Shown here piece by piece: positions 54,512 to 64,000 of a stretch of 64,000 bases of DNA. The notes below the pieces were generated by a model. The model made no database searches. It worked only from the letters and a program-made list of their open reading frames with translations, and was not told the origin of the DNA. A program made the position numbers and the translations under genes. Within the stretch, counting starts at the first letter, position 1. The number at the start of each line of letters is the position of its first letter. The stretch is taken from the NCBI GenBank assembly GCA_009859145.1, contig VRVR01000007.1, forward strand, positions 248,001 to 312,000. Reading direction: 5' to 3'. The DNA comes from Andalucia godoyi And28. Taxonomy: Eukaryota > Protista > Jakobida.

Positions 54512-56785
54512 TTAGAATTCCGGGACGCAATACTTGGCGTTGATTCCGCGGTTGTGCACATCGCCGCATCCTTTGAACAAATTGCAGGCGGTGGTGGTGA
54601 TGAGATGACACCCGATCATGGAATACTCGCAGCTGATCGAGAATACAGTCGCATCCGGAAGGGTCTCATCAAACTTTGTGATGACGTCGTTTTCAGGGGT
54701 GATAGTGGTCCAGTGCTTGCGGAGAGTGTTAAGACTCAGATCATCGATTAAATCACTCGTGTAGTGCAGCCCGGGAGATGAAAACGACACTGCCTTTGTT
54801 GAAGTCAATGCGGCAACGATTCCAGCGGTACCGGCCCCTAGGGAATGACCCGTGATGACAACTTGGCTTGCTGATTGTCTTTGCAATACATTCTCTCGGA
54901 CATAGTCAAGGACGCCCTGGTAGTACGGGTCGCTCGGACGCAACGGGTCGATCACGAAAGACAGCGCCTTGTCCAGTTTCATCATCGCGCCTGTCGGAAT
55001 CAGGACGGATCCAATGCTGTACAATACCCCGGGCATCCACACGGCAAGATCCTCGGCGGTGTCGCGAAAGTTTGCAGTCCCTCGGATTGAGATCACACTT
55101 CGATTATACACCGTGTCTTCCATGTGGATGAAAAATGCTTTGGATTGGTCCGAGCTCCTGTGAGCAATCTTAAATGCCGACCACTCAAAGAAGTTTGTCA
55201 TGTCCGTTTGCAGATTAGATTCCGACTTGTAAGCCAGCTGGGCAGCCAGCACATAATCAATGATGGTCAGGTTCAACGGAAGAGCGTATGAACAAAATGA
55301 ATATGGATCTGGAGACGGAAAAGGGTACGTCTTTGTCCCGGCAGTGCTGTAGGTCGGAGCAGCCTGGGATGCTCCAAATCCAAAGCCGACGATCGCCGCC
55401 ACAAGCAACAGGATGAACAGCATATAAATCGTGAAGAACACCAAAAACGTAGTACCCTTTCGACTCAGGAATCCCTGCGTGAACAAGAGCATGCAAATTG
55501 CAAACACGCCCGTCTTCCATCCTACGCCAGCAAATGCAAAGATAATCAAGATGACTGCGTAGAAGGTTGCTGTACCCACAACAATCTTCGCCAGAAAGCG
55601 AGGGAAACGATACGCGATGACAGAATATGCCGCAAAAATGAATCCGCAAACAAGAACCGCTGCAAGCGAATAATAGGCCGGTAGTGCAAATGCTGCAATA
55701 AAGAGCAGTGTCAGGAGAAGAAAGGAAAGAATGGAGATGCGAACAATCTGCTGTCGCGCAACTCCGCAATGGACAAGAAGCCACATCGAGGCAATGGACA
55801 TATGGTCAGCATCATACGTTGGAAACCGCACCTTGACGGAAATGAGCATAATCACCATCGCAGCATACAACAGCGTCAGCGAGATTGTCAAGTACACAAC
55901 ATTTGCAATGACAATCGTTGCAATAACGAAGAGAACGAGGACGAAAGTTACTGCAAGTCGAATTAGCCAGAAGGAGCGCTTTCTCCAAACAGGCGATGCG
56001 CGGCCGTCAGGGCACAGCTTCTTTTCCGCCTCTTCAGATCCTAGCTGTCGATCGGAAGCCCCTCCCGTTGAAGGCATGGTTGGAGCCGCATACCCGTCCA
56101 CAGATCCCAGCCAATACGCTCTCATAAACTGCAACTTGTGCGCATAGTCCCGGAGTGTGCCAACAGCCCACATCAGGAGCATATGCAGCACGGAGACCGC
56201 AACTGCAGCGACATACCAGCTTCCGAAGGCATCGTTTGCGTCGCTCGTTGTCAACAAGACGATGAAAGCGGCGATCAATGGAACGAGATCGCATGTCAAG
56301 ATCACCCACAGTTTGACGGCCAGTTCCACTCTTGGATGTTGTGGCTTTCCAAGAAGGATACGCCGGTACCGAACGTATGAATCAAGCGTAAAAGCATCCA
56401 CAAAGAGCAGCACGAACGAATCCAAAAGACTGCAAAACCACACAATAATCAGAAACACAAGTCCCAAAAACGTCATTTCTGACAGAATTGGGACGTTTTT
56501 TGCAAACAAGAATGAGAATCCTGCCTGAAACATCAGCTGCAGACCAAAAACCAGCGTGAATAGTGCGCCAAGGATGAATATGTAGGCCATGTAGAACCTC
56601 TGAATCAGCGGAAAGACAGACTCCACCACGTCGCGAAACGAGTAGAAATCAGATGACGCCACTGCTGTTTCGCTGCGGTCCGATCGACTCCGATTTGACG
56701 GCATTTGCAAAGGCTGAAACAACACGATATTGGAGCTGGCTTCAGGAACCCCATTCAACTGTCCATCTTGCGCACCTTCCGACAT
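54512..56785 (-). CDS. Polytopic membrane protein with a C-terminal class 3 lipase domain
   Basis: About 10-12 hydrophobic segments, then VISIRGT, VITGHSLGAG (GxSxG), NDVIT and a late His. Confidence 0.88.
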   Translation of the reverse strand: MSEGAQDGQLNGVPEASSNIVLFQPLQMPSNRSRSDRSETAVASSDFYSFRDVVESVFPLIQRFYMAYIFILGALFTLVFGLQLMFQAGFSFLFAKNVPILSEMTFLGLVFLIIVWFCSLLDSFVLLFVDAFTLDSYVRYRRILLGKPQHPRVELAVKLWVILTCDLVPLIAAFIVLLTTSDANDAFGSWYVAAVAVSVLHMLLMWAVGTLRDYAHKLQFMRAYWLGSVDGYAAPTMPSTGGASDRQLGSEEAEKKLCPDGRASPVWRKRSFWLIRLAVTFVLVLFVIATIVIANVVYLTISLTLLYAAMVIMLISVKVRFPTYDADHMSIASMWLLVHCGVARQQIVRISILSFLLLTLLFIAAFALPAYYSLAAVLVCGFIFAAYSVIAYRFPRFLAKIVVGTATFYAVILIIFAFAGVGWKTGVFAICMLLFTQGFLSRKGTTFLVFFTIYMLFILLLVAAIVGFGFGASQAAPTYSTAGTKTYPFPSPDPYSFCSYALPLNLTIIDYVLAAQLAYKSESNLQTDMTNFFEWSAFKIAHRSSDQSKAFFIHMEDTVYNRSVISIRGTANFRDTAEDLAVWMPGVLYSIGSVLIPTGAMMKLDKALSFVIDPLRPSDPYYQGVLDYVRENVLQRQSASQVVITGHSLGAGTAGIVAALTSTKAVSFSSPGLHYTSDLIDDLSLNTLRKHWTTITPENDVITKFDETLPDATVFSISCEYSMIGCHLITTTACNLFKGCGDVHNRGINAKYCVPEF

Positions 56786-57072
56786 TCCTGGGGACAAGAC
56801 GAAGCAGGGGGGTCTCTCTTTCTCCTTTTCTCTCTTTCTGTCTTTCTGTCTTTCTGTCGGCTGACACTGCGAAGTTCCCAGTATCCGACTCGGGTGTAGA
56901 GCATTGCAGGAAGGTCGTTCGTGGTATTTCGACAACTGGCGACAGAACCGCTGAGAAACGCGTTTCCATTTGCGCAGTGAAGAGGATAATCGGGAGACGA
57001 CCAAAGGAGAGGATCGCGCAAGTGGCAAAAGTAAAGAAGTTGGAGCAGGGCGTGGGGGGGATTGGAAAAACC

Positions 57073-58566
57073 ATGAGCAGGTTTTACGACTTTGATGCGC
57101 TCGATGCTGGACAGGTGTCTGAGAGTGATGTGTTTACGATAACAACAGAGCTGCTTTCGAAGCGCTCGCATGGGCAATCGCTGGCGTTTTTCTCCACGCG
57201 CGTTTCGCCGAGTGGAAGCAATGACGAGGAGCATGACGACTCTGTTGCAATTCAGCTTGTGATGGCCAACCAGTATTTCTCTGGAACTAAGGAAGAGTTT
57301 GCAAATTGCTTGTCGTTCATGTCGGTCCAGTCTGTGGTCGAGGCTACTGTGCGTCCGGGGAAGTCACGACGTGGAGAGCCTAGTTTATTTTGCACCGACG
57401 CCAAGTTGTTGCGCTGTTCCCCGCATCCTGAAACAATCATGTTGATTTTGGAGGCGGTCGATTCGGGCTCTCTGAGCAGAGACAAGGCGTGTGCGGTCCT
57501 GCGTTGCACCAACCAGGAGCTTGGAAACATGCTTATCTGTCTTGGAAAGGAGGCGCTGCAAAGCGACTTGAAAAGACTGCTGAATATCCAGGCTCGGGTT
57601 CTGCACGATTTGCCAGCTGACCATACGCGAATCCGCAAAACAAGACTGAGTGCAGCACAGTTCAAGGTTGTCGAGGAGGCAAGGGAGTGCTGTGCCTCTG
57701 TGCCGCTGCAGCATTCGGACGAGGCCGCTGCGCTCCCGAACGAGATCCTCGATGCAATTCAATCGCATTTGCCGAACGGGCTGTCCGACGAAGAAAAGAA
57801 CAGACGGATTGAATACCTTCAGAGGAAGAAGATTAGGCAGATCAGCTGGTTTGTAGCACACTTGAAATCCACGATAGACAAGATTGCAGGCGCCAAGGGT
57901 TCGAAAGCCCTTGCAATATGGGATGTGGGTGGTGGCCGTGGCGATCTTGCCGCAGCTGTTGCCTGGGTGTTTCCTGAATGCTCTGTTCGCGTGCTGGACA
58001 TCCAGCAGTCGTCGCTTCGGGCAGGTCAGCTCGTGAGTCGCACGCTCGGATTGACGAACATCGTGTTTGAACATGCCGACTTTCTTCAGAAGCTCAAGGC
58101 ATCAGACTGCAGCAAGACTGAGTCTTGTGAGATTGCAGATGCCCCAGACCTGGTGATTGCCCTTCACGCATGCGGTGGGCTTTCCGATGCCATTTTAGCG
58201 TACGTCGCCACACACCCTGCCGCAAGCTGTCTCATCTGCACTTGCTGTTTCACGAAGAACGTGGATCTTGCATTCCGTGCGTGGGATCGGGTGAACATGC
58301 CCCAGGGCCACTGGAGAAGCGTAGCTCCGTCTACCGACTTCTGTTCCGAAGTCTGCCGAATCGCAGAGAGCGTGAGCTGCGAAAGTGAGTCGCAGCTTGC
58401 CATGCACTGCTGCAACACGTTCCGATTGCGGGGGGTTCATCTCGTGTCTCAGGCTTCTGTGTGGAACCGTGCTTCATCTTTGAGCGAGCTCTTGACGTTC
58501 CCCTTGACGTACTCTGCTAAGAACCAAGTGATTCGTATTCTTCGCATTCAATCCTCCTGCACTTAA
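57073..58566 (+). CDS. SAM-dependent methyltransferase (Methyltransf_32-like) with a putative N-terminal OB fold
   Basis: IWDVGGGRGDL, VLDIQ, DLVIALHACGGLSD, CTCCF; ATG at 57073. Confidence 0.8.
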   Translation: MSRFYDFDALDAGQVSESDVFTITTELLSKRSHGQSLAFFSTRVSPSGSNDEEHDDSVAIQLVMANQYFSGTKEEFANCLSFMSVQSVVEATVRPGKSRRGEPSLFCTDAKLLRCSPHPETIMLILEAVDSGSLSRDKACAVLRCTNQELGNMLICLGKEALQSDLKRLLNIQARVLHDLPADHTRIRKTRLSAAQFKVVEEARECCASVPLQHSDEAAALPNEILDAIQSHLPNGLSDEEKNRRIEYLQRKKIRQISWFVAHLKSTIDKIAGAKGSKALAIWDVGGGRGDLAAAVAWVFPECSVRVLDIQQSSLRAGQLVSRTLGLTNIVFEHADFLQKLKASDCSKTESCEIADAPDLVIALHACGGLSDAILAYVATHPAASCLICTCCFTKNVDLAFRAWDRVNMPQGHWRSVAPSTDFCSEVCRIAESVSCESESQLAMHCCNTFRLRGVHLVSQASVWNRASSLSELLTFPLTYSAKNQVIRILRIQSSCT

Positions 58567-59003
58567 CTTTGCAATTTCGTGTGTCTGCCTCCATCAGGAA
58601 CACAACGTGCAAGAGAAGATTCCTTCGGATTCGCTCGTTGGCGCTTTATGTAGCTGCTGATTCCCGGTACCGTTCTGCTGGGGCATACGAAACTTGACTG
58701 CTCGTTATTCGATCCACGTCGAAGCACAGCGAGGATCCGGGATCCGTTCTGCCCCCACCAGGTGAAAACAATCGTTGTTGCAAAATCTCCAAAACACGGG
58801 AGGCCCTAAAAAACCGTCCGAACACCCGATGCCACTCCAGAAGGTCTGTGCTCACGTCCTGCTCTTTCCCTCCGCCTCCATTTTGGCTTCCTTCTTTTTT
58901 TTTTTAAATCTCAAAAATCGATTTTCCCGGCTTTGCAGCGTTCTTTGAATAGTATCCCCTCCTCGCAAGCAAAAAAAAAGAGTCTGGTTTCGCGCCTAAT
59001 CCT

Positions 59004-59726
59004 ATGTCGGTTGAAAACGCATCTACCTTTCTTGGCCCGTCGCCATCCGGTCTGTCTCCTCTGCGATCGCCCCACCACCATCACCACCCAGGATCGTCGC
59101 CTTCGCCGCTGTCGGACCTTTTGCAGCCGAGCCTTCCGCAAATCAAAAACAAGTACGGAAACGACCATTTGATCTTTGGAACGTCTCCCCAGCACCAGGG
59201 ACTCTCAGCAAGCCCGCATGCACCGGGCTCTCCTGTTCGTTCGTTGGCTGTGCCCCTGAGCCCCTCTGGGTCATCGACAACGACAATGACATCGACGACG
59301 ACGACACCTGCAATGATGATGATGCTTGGACCTTCGGAGCCGCTTGCGCCAATCCAACGAAGCAGAAGTCCCTCCCCTTCGCTCTTCCCCGAATCCATGC
59401 TCGACGTTGCGTTACCTTCGAATAATGGAACTCATCACCATCGCCATCAAGAAGAGAGCCTCGGCGTGAAAAAGTCGCCATGGGCTTCCAACCGCGTCTT
59501 GGGGAAAGAGTACCGTCCTTCCGCCGATGCAAACATTGCAAAATCGCCGAATCCAGCCGAAATAGCCGTGCTTGCTGGAAAGCATCCAAAAAGTCACATC
59601 TCGAGGACAAAGCAACATTGTTCGCCGTCCAAAAGACCAGACTCTCCTTACCCGATGGACGGTCTGCCAATGGCACTTCGAAGAGCGCTCTCTCCCGGCA
59701 CTCGCCACGTTGTTCCCTCTGTCTAA
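59004..59726 (+). CDS. Hypothetical Ser/Pro-rich, probably disordered protein
   Basis: 240-codon ATG ORF; composition only. Confidence 0.5.
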   Translation: MSVENASTFLGPSPSGLSPLRSPHHHHHPGSSPSPLSDLLQPSLPQIKNKYGNDHLIFGTSPQHQGLSASPHAPGSPVRSLAVPLSPSGSSTTTMTSTTTTPAMMMMLGPSEPLAPIQRSRSPSPSLFPESMLDVALPSNNGTHHHRHQEESLGVKKSPWASNRVLGKEYRPSADANIAKSPNPAEIAVLAGKHPKSHISRTKQHCSPSKRPDSPYPMDGLPMALRRALSPGTRHVVPSV

Positions 59727-60072
59727 CTTGCAATTTTCTGTATTTTTTATTTTTGAATTCATGTTTCAGAAGCTCACGCTCCCCCCGCTCCCCGGTAGCA
59801 GTATGTATGAAGAATTAATCCAGTCGAGTGAAATGTAAATTAGTAATCGAGTGTCCTTTTGTATTGTCTGTCGGTGTGCGTTCAGCATGCGGAGCAAACG
59901 AAGAGAGTCGGAGACATGACCCTCTCTGAACCACTGGACAGCTGTAGTCAGAACACTGCCTTTTTACTGGCGACAGTCAGTTGTAGCGCAAGCTATTTCG
60001 TTTTTGCTTTATTTTAACTTTCTTTTCCTTTCGTATATATATATATATATATATTGGGATGAAATTAGATGA

Positions 60073-60498
60073 ATGTCAGGATTTCGAAATGCAGAAGAGT
60101 CGGTTCCGTTGTTACGAGATCGTTCAGAAGACAACGGTGGCTCTCTGAATCCTGAGCGTGAGTCTGGGTCAGTGATTCGAGCGCACGAAGACGACGAACA
60201 GGATGATGATCCGCAAGTGGCACTACAGCAGTTGTCGCATTCGCTGACTCGTCTCCGATCGGTCGGAGAATCCATATCGGGGGAGCTGGACGCACAAGGA
60301 CAGATGCTCGATGATCTCAACCGAGACATGGATTTTGTGAATCCGCGGTTGGCACGAAACAACCGAATCGCCACCCGGGTGCACACCGATGCCGATCGCA
60401 GCTCTTGCCTGCTGTGCATCGTTCTGCTGCTCCTGATGATGATAGTCGCTGTCTACTGCTTGTCGGTCATTGTCGACAAACTCAAAACGAAATCGTGA
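60073..60498 (+). CDS. Qc-type t-SNARE (syntaxin-6/8 or Bet1-like)
   Basis: Heptad LQQLSHSLTRLRSVGESISGELDAQGQMLDDL with central Gln and a C-terminal TM helix. Confidence 0.88.
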   Translation: MSGFRNAEESVPLLRDRSEDNGGSLNPERESGSVIRAHEDDEQDDDPQVALQQLSHSLTRLRSVGESISGELDAQGQMLDDLNRDMDFVNPRLARNNRIATRVHTDADRSSCLLCIVLLLLMMIVAVYCLSVIVDKLKTKS

Positions 60499-60771
60499 TG
60501 TGGCGTGCTTCAAGTGATGCTGCTGTGCTGCGTTTTATGCCCGAAAACCCGAATCCCGACTTATGTGCCCGACATGCGAAAAAGAGAACCAGAATATTCA
60601 AGTCTGTGTGCGTTTGCAACGTTTTTCGTGCTTTCCCTTTTTCTTTTTCTTTTTCTCTGTTTCTCAACGTCATCTTTCATTTTGACCTTCGTCTCGTGCT
60701 GCGCAGATTCGATTCCGTTTCGATTGGATATAATTTGGACGTTTTTATTAATCGTTATTTTGATTAAGAGA

Positions 60772-61662
60772 ATGGAGTTTCCGGACCTTGGAAAGCACTG
60801 TCATTATTGCAAGCAGCTCGATTTCTTGCCGTTTGAGTGTTCCGAGTGCCATGAATTTCATTGCTTGGACCACCGACTTCCTCAGTCGCACTCTTGCAAA
60901 GCACAGTCCGAGTCCTCATCATCATCGGCGGTCTTTCTGCCGGCGGTGAGAACAACCAGGAAAGACGGACAATCCGTTCGCTGCAGTATTGTGAAGTGCG
61001 CAAATGCTTCGATCAAGTCGTGTCCACTGTGCGGATTTCGCTTTTGTGCGTATCATCGCGACCACTCCTGTGCTTCTGCGTCTCATCCTGCAACGGAAAG
61101 AGGCGCCGCAGCGGCTTTCTTGTCATCCCGGGTTGATGTGGACGGAATTCTTGCACAGCTCTACGGACTGACGATCAAGGCCCCGGACACTTCTCGAGCC
61201 AAGTTTCATCTTGCGGCACTTATTCTGGATGAGAATCAGCGTCTGACGAGCACCACGTTGAGCACAAAACCGGAAAACACTCTTTCGCAGGCGCTACGAA
61301 TGGCGGTTGCCCCTCAAAAGTCACTCACGAATGACTTTGTGGTTGTGAACTGCAGGACAGGATACCGATTGGATGCGGAAAGACCCGTGCGATTCTATGG
61401 CGTAGGGGGGCTGTTTTTGAGTGGCGACGCAGTGATGGCTATTCCAAAGGAGCTTGCGCATTCATTGCTGCAGGAAAAGCAATTTTTGTATCAGGTGTGG
61501 GACATCATTAGCGTGCAATTTGGAGTGTCGCGATTCCTGGAGCAGGAAGCGCAGCTTGCAATCATGGGCTTTCAAGATTCAATGGTGGTTCGCGAACTGC
61601 TGCACAAATACTCCGGGAAAATGGAACTTGTAATCAATGAGCTTTTGTCAACTGCTGCATAA
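60772..61662 (+). CDS. AN1-type zinc-finger protein (Cuz1/ZFAND-like) with a UBA-like C-terminus
   Basis: MEFPDLGKHC..CKQLDFLPFECSECHEFHCLDHR...HSC, a second AN1-like cluster, and LAIMGF...LL.KY.G.MELVINELL. Confidence 0.88.
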   Translation: MEFPDLGKHCHYCKQLDFLPFECSECHEFHCLDHRLPQSHSCKAQSESSSSSAVFLPAVRTTRKDGQSVRCSIVKCANASIKSCPLCGFRFCAYHRDHSCASASHPATERGAAAAFLSSRVDVDGILAQLYGLTIKAPDTSRAKFHLAALILDENQRLTSTTLSTKPENTLSQALRMAVAPQKSLTNDFVVVNCRTGYRLDAERPVRFYGVGGLFLSGDAVMAIPKELAHSLLQEKQFLYQVWDIISVQFGVSRFLEQEAQLAIMGFQDSMVVRELLHKYSGKMELVINELLSTAA

Positions 61663-61843
61663 TGTAATCGCGTAGTCAAGCATGCAGTCGCCTAGCGAAC
61701 GCGTTGATGAGGTCGTTGCCGTTTTTAAACGTAAATAAATCAAAAACAGTTGCAAGACAGGTGTTTCGTCGTTCATGCAGTTTAATCCGAAAAGTAAAGC
61801 GCGGCACCGACCCCACGGCAACATCAAGGTGGTGTGAAAATCT

Positions 61844-62600
61844 TTACTTCTTTTCGGAGTCCTGCATGCTCGGATAGTACATCTCATGCAACGCATTCGC
61901 GTACGCAACAAGATTCGTGTGGTTCTCCAGCAAATGAGACTTGATAACGTTGTCCCACGGGCACTTTAAGAACCCAATCAATGTTCCGTACAGGCATGCA
62001 TCAATTGTTGTTGGCTTCGACCCGCCAAAGTAGAACTTACGCTGACCGAGCTTCGCCGAGATCGCATCGACATCTTTGCGGCCCATACGATATATGACGT
62101 CTGGATCATGGCGGCCGATGCCATGTCCATGAAGCTCGCCAATGACCTTTTTCTGGATGCGCGGGAGGATGAACGGGGCAATAAACCACGGAAGCCCCGC
62201 AGATTCCTTGACAAGATTGTACATGTGGTTCCAGCCTTGTGGATCGACCCAACGCGAATACACCATCACCCAGTACAAGTGCTCCTCGACGGTCCGACGG
62301 ACACACAGAGCGTCTGCCTTCTGGTCTTCTGTCAAGTTTGCGTCAAGCCCTTGAGCCCCCGAGCGCTCTTCGAGGAAATCGATGCACTCTCCACTGTCGG
62401 CGATCATGTCGGTGCCGTTTTCAAGCACAATATACGGGAGCTTGCCTTTCGGAGCAGTGCGGGGATCGCCGCACAGGCGCATCTTGTACGGGATTCCCGA
62501 CATGCGCAGATACGCATCAAGCTTGAGACAAAACGGAGAATTCGATACAATTCCCCAGCCACCAGGAAAACTCACCAGTTCAATACAGCCACCATTTGTC

Positions 62601-62602
<2 letters not shown>
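61844..62602 (-). CDS. Failed-axon-connections / metaxin-like GST-fold protein
   Basis: SPFCLKLDAYLRM, APKGKLPYI, IADSGECI, KFYFGGSKPTTIDACLYG. Confidence 0.88.

Positions 62603-62603
<1 letters not shown>

Positions 62604-62686
<83 letters not shown>
62604..62686. repeat. (CT)n microsatellite
   Basis: Direct reading of the sequence. Confidence 0.95.
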
Positions 62687-62690
<4 letters not shown>

Positions 62691-63263
62691 GTCTGTTTCT
62701 TACTTACTCACTTATTGTGTTTTGCTTGCGATCTGTGCGTCTTCAGACGCGCTGCTCAGGTACTGGAGGGTTGCTTCAAAACCTGCTGGAACTGCATGAG
62801 CCTGTCGCAGCAGATTCCGCTTTTTTGTGCAGAACAGCTTGAATCGTTCGTAGACAGTCGGAGCTGGATCGCATTTGGGAATGTGCGCACCGCAAAATGT
62901 CGGTACGAGCGCAGTCTCCGAGGAGCGGGCACTTTCGCGGAACCCTAGCTCTCACACTGTTGTCACAACCCTAGTTTGCTCACACACACACTGGAGCCTT
63001 CTGTACGGGCAGAGTTGAAAAGCGCCATGCAGATTGTTGTTGCAGCGCTGTTATGGTTGTGTGGTTTGTGTTTTTGGAATAACCGCGTGCGTTCCTGTCT
63101 TCCCGAAACACACACGCACTCACACACATACACACACAGAGCCCTGCTCATGCTCATAGTCGTAGTCGTAGTCGTAGTGCACTAGTACAAGAAATTCAGA
63201 GGGCAGGTAAAGAAAAAGTAAGCGCAGCAGTAGTTTTGGCTATCACGCAAAGCCTTCTTCGTC

Positions 63264-64000
63264 ATGCACGGTTTGTTTTGTGTTTTGCTGCTTCTGACGG
63301 CTAGTATCGCAGGGGTGGCTGGACAGGCGCTAATGGCGCCGTCGTACATACGGGGTCAGTGTCCAGGGACGACCTCTTTGGATTGCCAGTGTGCGTTCAC
63401 TACGGGATACAACTGCACTGCAGGGCATTACTGCCCAAGCGCAGTGTTACCGAATGCATCTTATCCGTGTCCAGTTGGGTTCCTCTGTCCGCAGAACTCT
63501 GCACAGCCTACGTTTTGCTGCAAAGGATACTACTGTCCGTCTTCGAGTGAAATACACGAGTGTCCAAAGGGCTACTATTGCAAGAGAGGCCAGTCGGAAC
63601 CATTCAGTTGCGGCTGGCTTACGTCTTGTCCGGCTGGAACGTCGGAAGGAGTGAGACTGGGCGCGTACGTTCTGTTTTTCCTGTCCCTGGTTGCCGTCTT
63701 CGGAGCGTACCAGTTCAAAGAATACTGTGAAAAACTCGGGATTCGCAAGCGGGGACAACTGTTGGAGCAGAGCACTGAGCAGTCCTCGGAGCTGAAAAGT
63801 GACTGCGCGGCAAAAGTCTCTTTTGCGCTCGAGGACAACAAGGAGGACATGACGGTCGATGTCGACTGTGAAAATGGCAAAACGCACGGGACGCCGGCAC
63901 CCGCCGCACTGACCAAGATGGACATCGAGTTCCAGGATTTGGGACTGACGCTCCGAACCGGAAAAACGATCCTGGAGAATGTTTCGGGCGTCTTGAGGGC
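63264..64000 (+). CDS. ABCG-family transporter with a Cys-rich extracellular N-terminus, truncated by the window end
   Basis: Translated by hand: signal peptide, repeated GxYCP/CPxG motifs, one TM helix, then MDIEFQDLGLTLRTGKTILENVSG (start of an ABCG nucleotide-binding domain). Confidence 0.85.
   Translation, partial: MHGLFCVLLLLTASIAGVAGQALMAPSYIRGQCPGTTSLDCQCAFTTGYNCTAGHYCPSAVLPNASYPCPVGFLCPQNSAQPTFCCKGYYCPSSSEIHECPKGYYCKRGQSEPFSCGWLTSCPAGTSEGVRLGAYVLFFLSLVAVFGAYQFKEYCEKLGIRKRGQLLEQSTEQSSELKSDCAAKVSFALEDNKEDMTVDVDCENGKTHGTPAPAALTKMDIEFQDLGLTLRTGKTILENVSGVLR

Noticed and set aside
56653-57072. Apparent overlap of the lipase and methyltransferase ORFs
   Set aside because: Artefact of non-ATG ORF starts. 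The likely ATGs (56785 and 57073) give two divergent, non-overlapping genes.

Overview
A 64-kb window of a compact, intron-poor eukaryotic nuclear genome. It uses the standard code, has short GT-AG introns with GTATGT/GTACGT donors, and contains many microsatellites. FAM227-like, CSPP1-like and NEK genes suggest a flagellated protist. It holds about 30 host genes (calmodulin-like, ethanolamine kinase, LSm3, tandem CCCH protein, ORC4, Trf4-like polymerase, mitochondrial RF1, a Cys-less pentameric ligand-gated channel, glycerate kinase, NEK, PPTase, Ras/Rap, Sen34, stomatin-like 2, lipase, SNARE, ABCG and others) and one solitary 5S rRNA gene. The main accessory signal is six dispersed pieces of Fanzor2/TnpB-like (IS607-type) elements from at least three subfamilies: 1-442, 1926-2473, ~4074-4748, ~5367-5669, 34740-35380 and ~42965-43346. 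Four share a right end of a strong tetraloop hairpin followed by GTGTAYAATGWAGG, and a fifth has a divergent version. Where a left junction is visible it is preceded by AGG. Two pieces are copies of the same internally deleted mini-element, which keeps both ends and the predicted omegaRNA scaffold but has lost the nuclease. A transposon island at 20-27.7 kb contains a DD35D pogo/Fot1-like element (25-bp TIRs, TA duplication, one nonsense codon). Next to it is a candidate element with an intact rve/IS3-like integrase facing a decayed HECT E3-ligase gene. All calls come from reading motifs by eye; no database searches were run.
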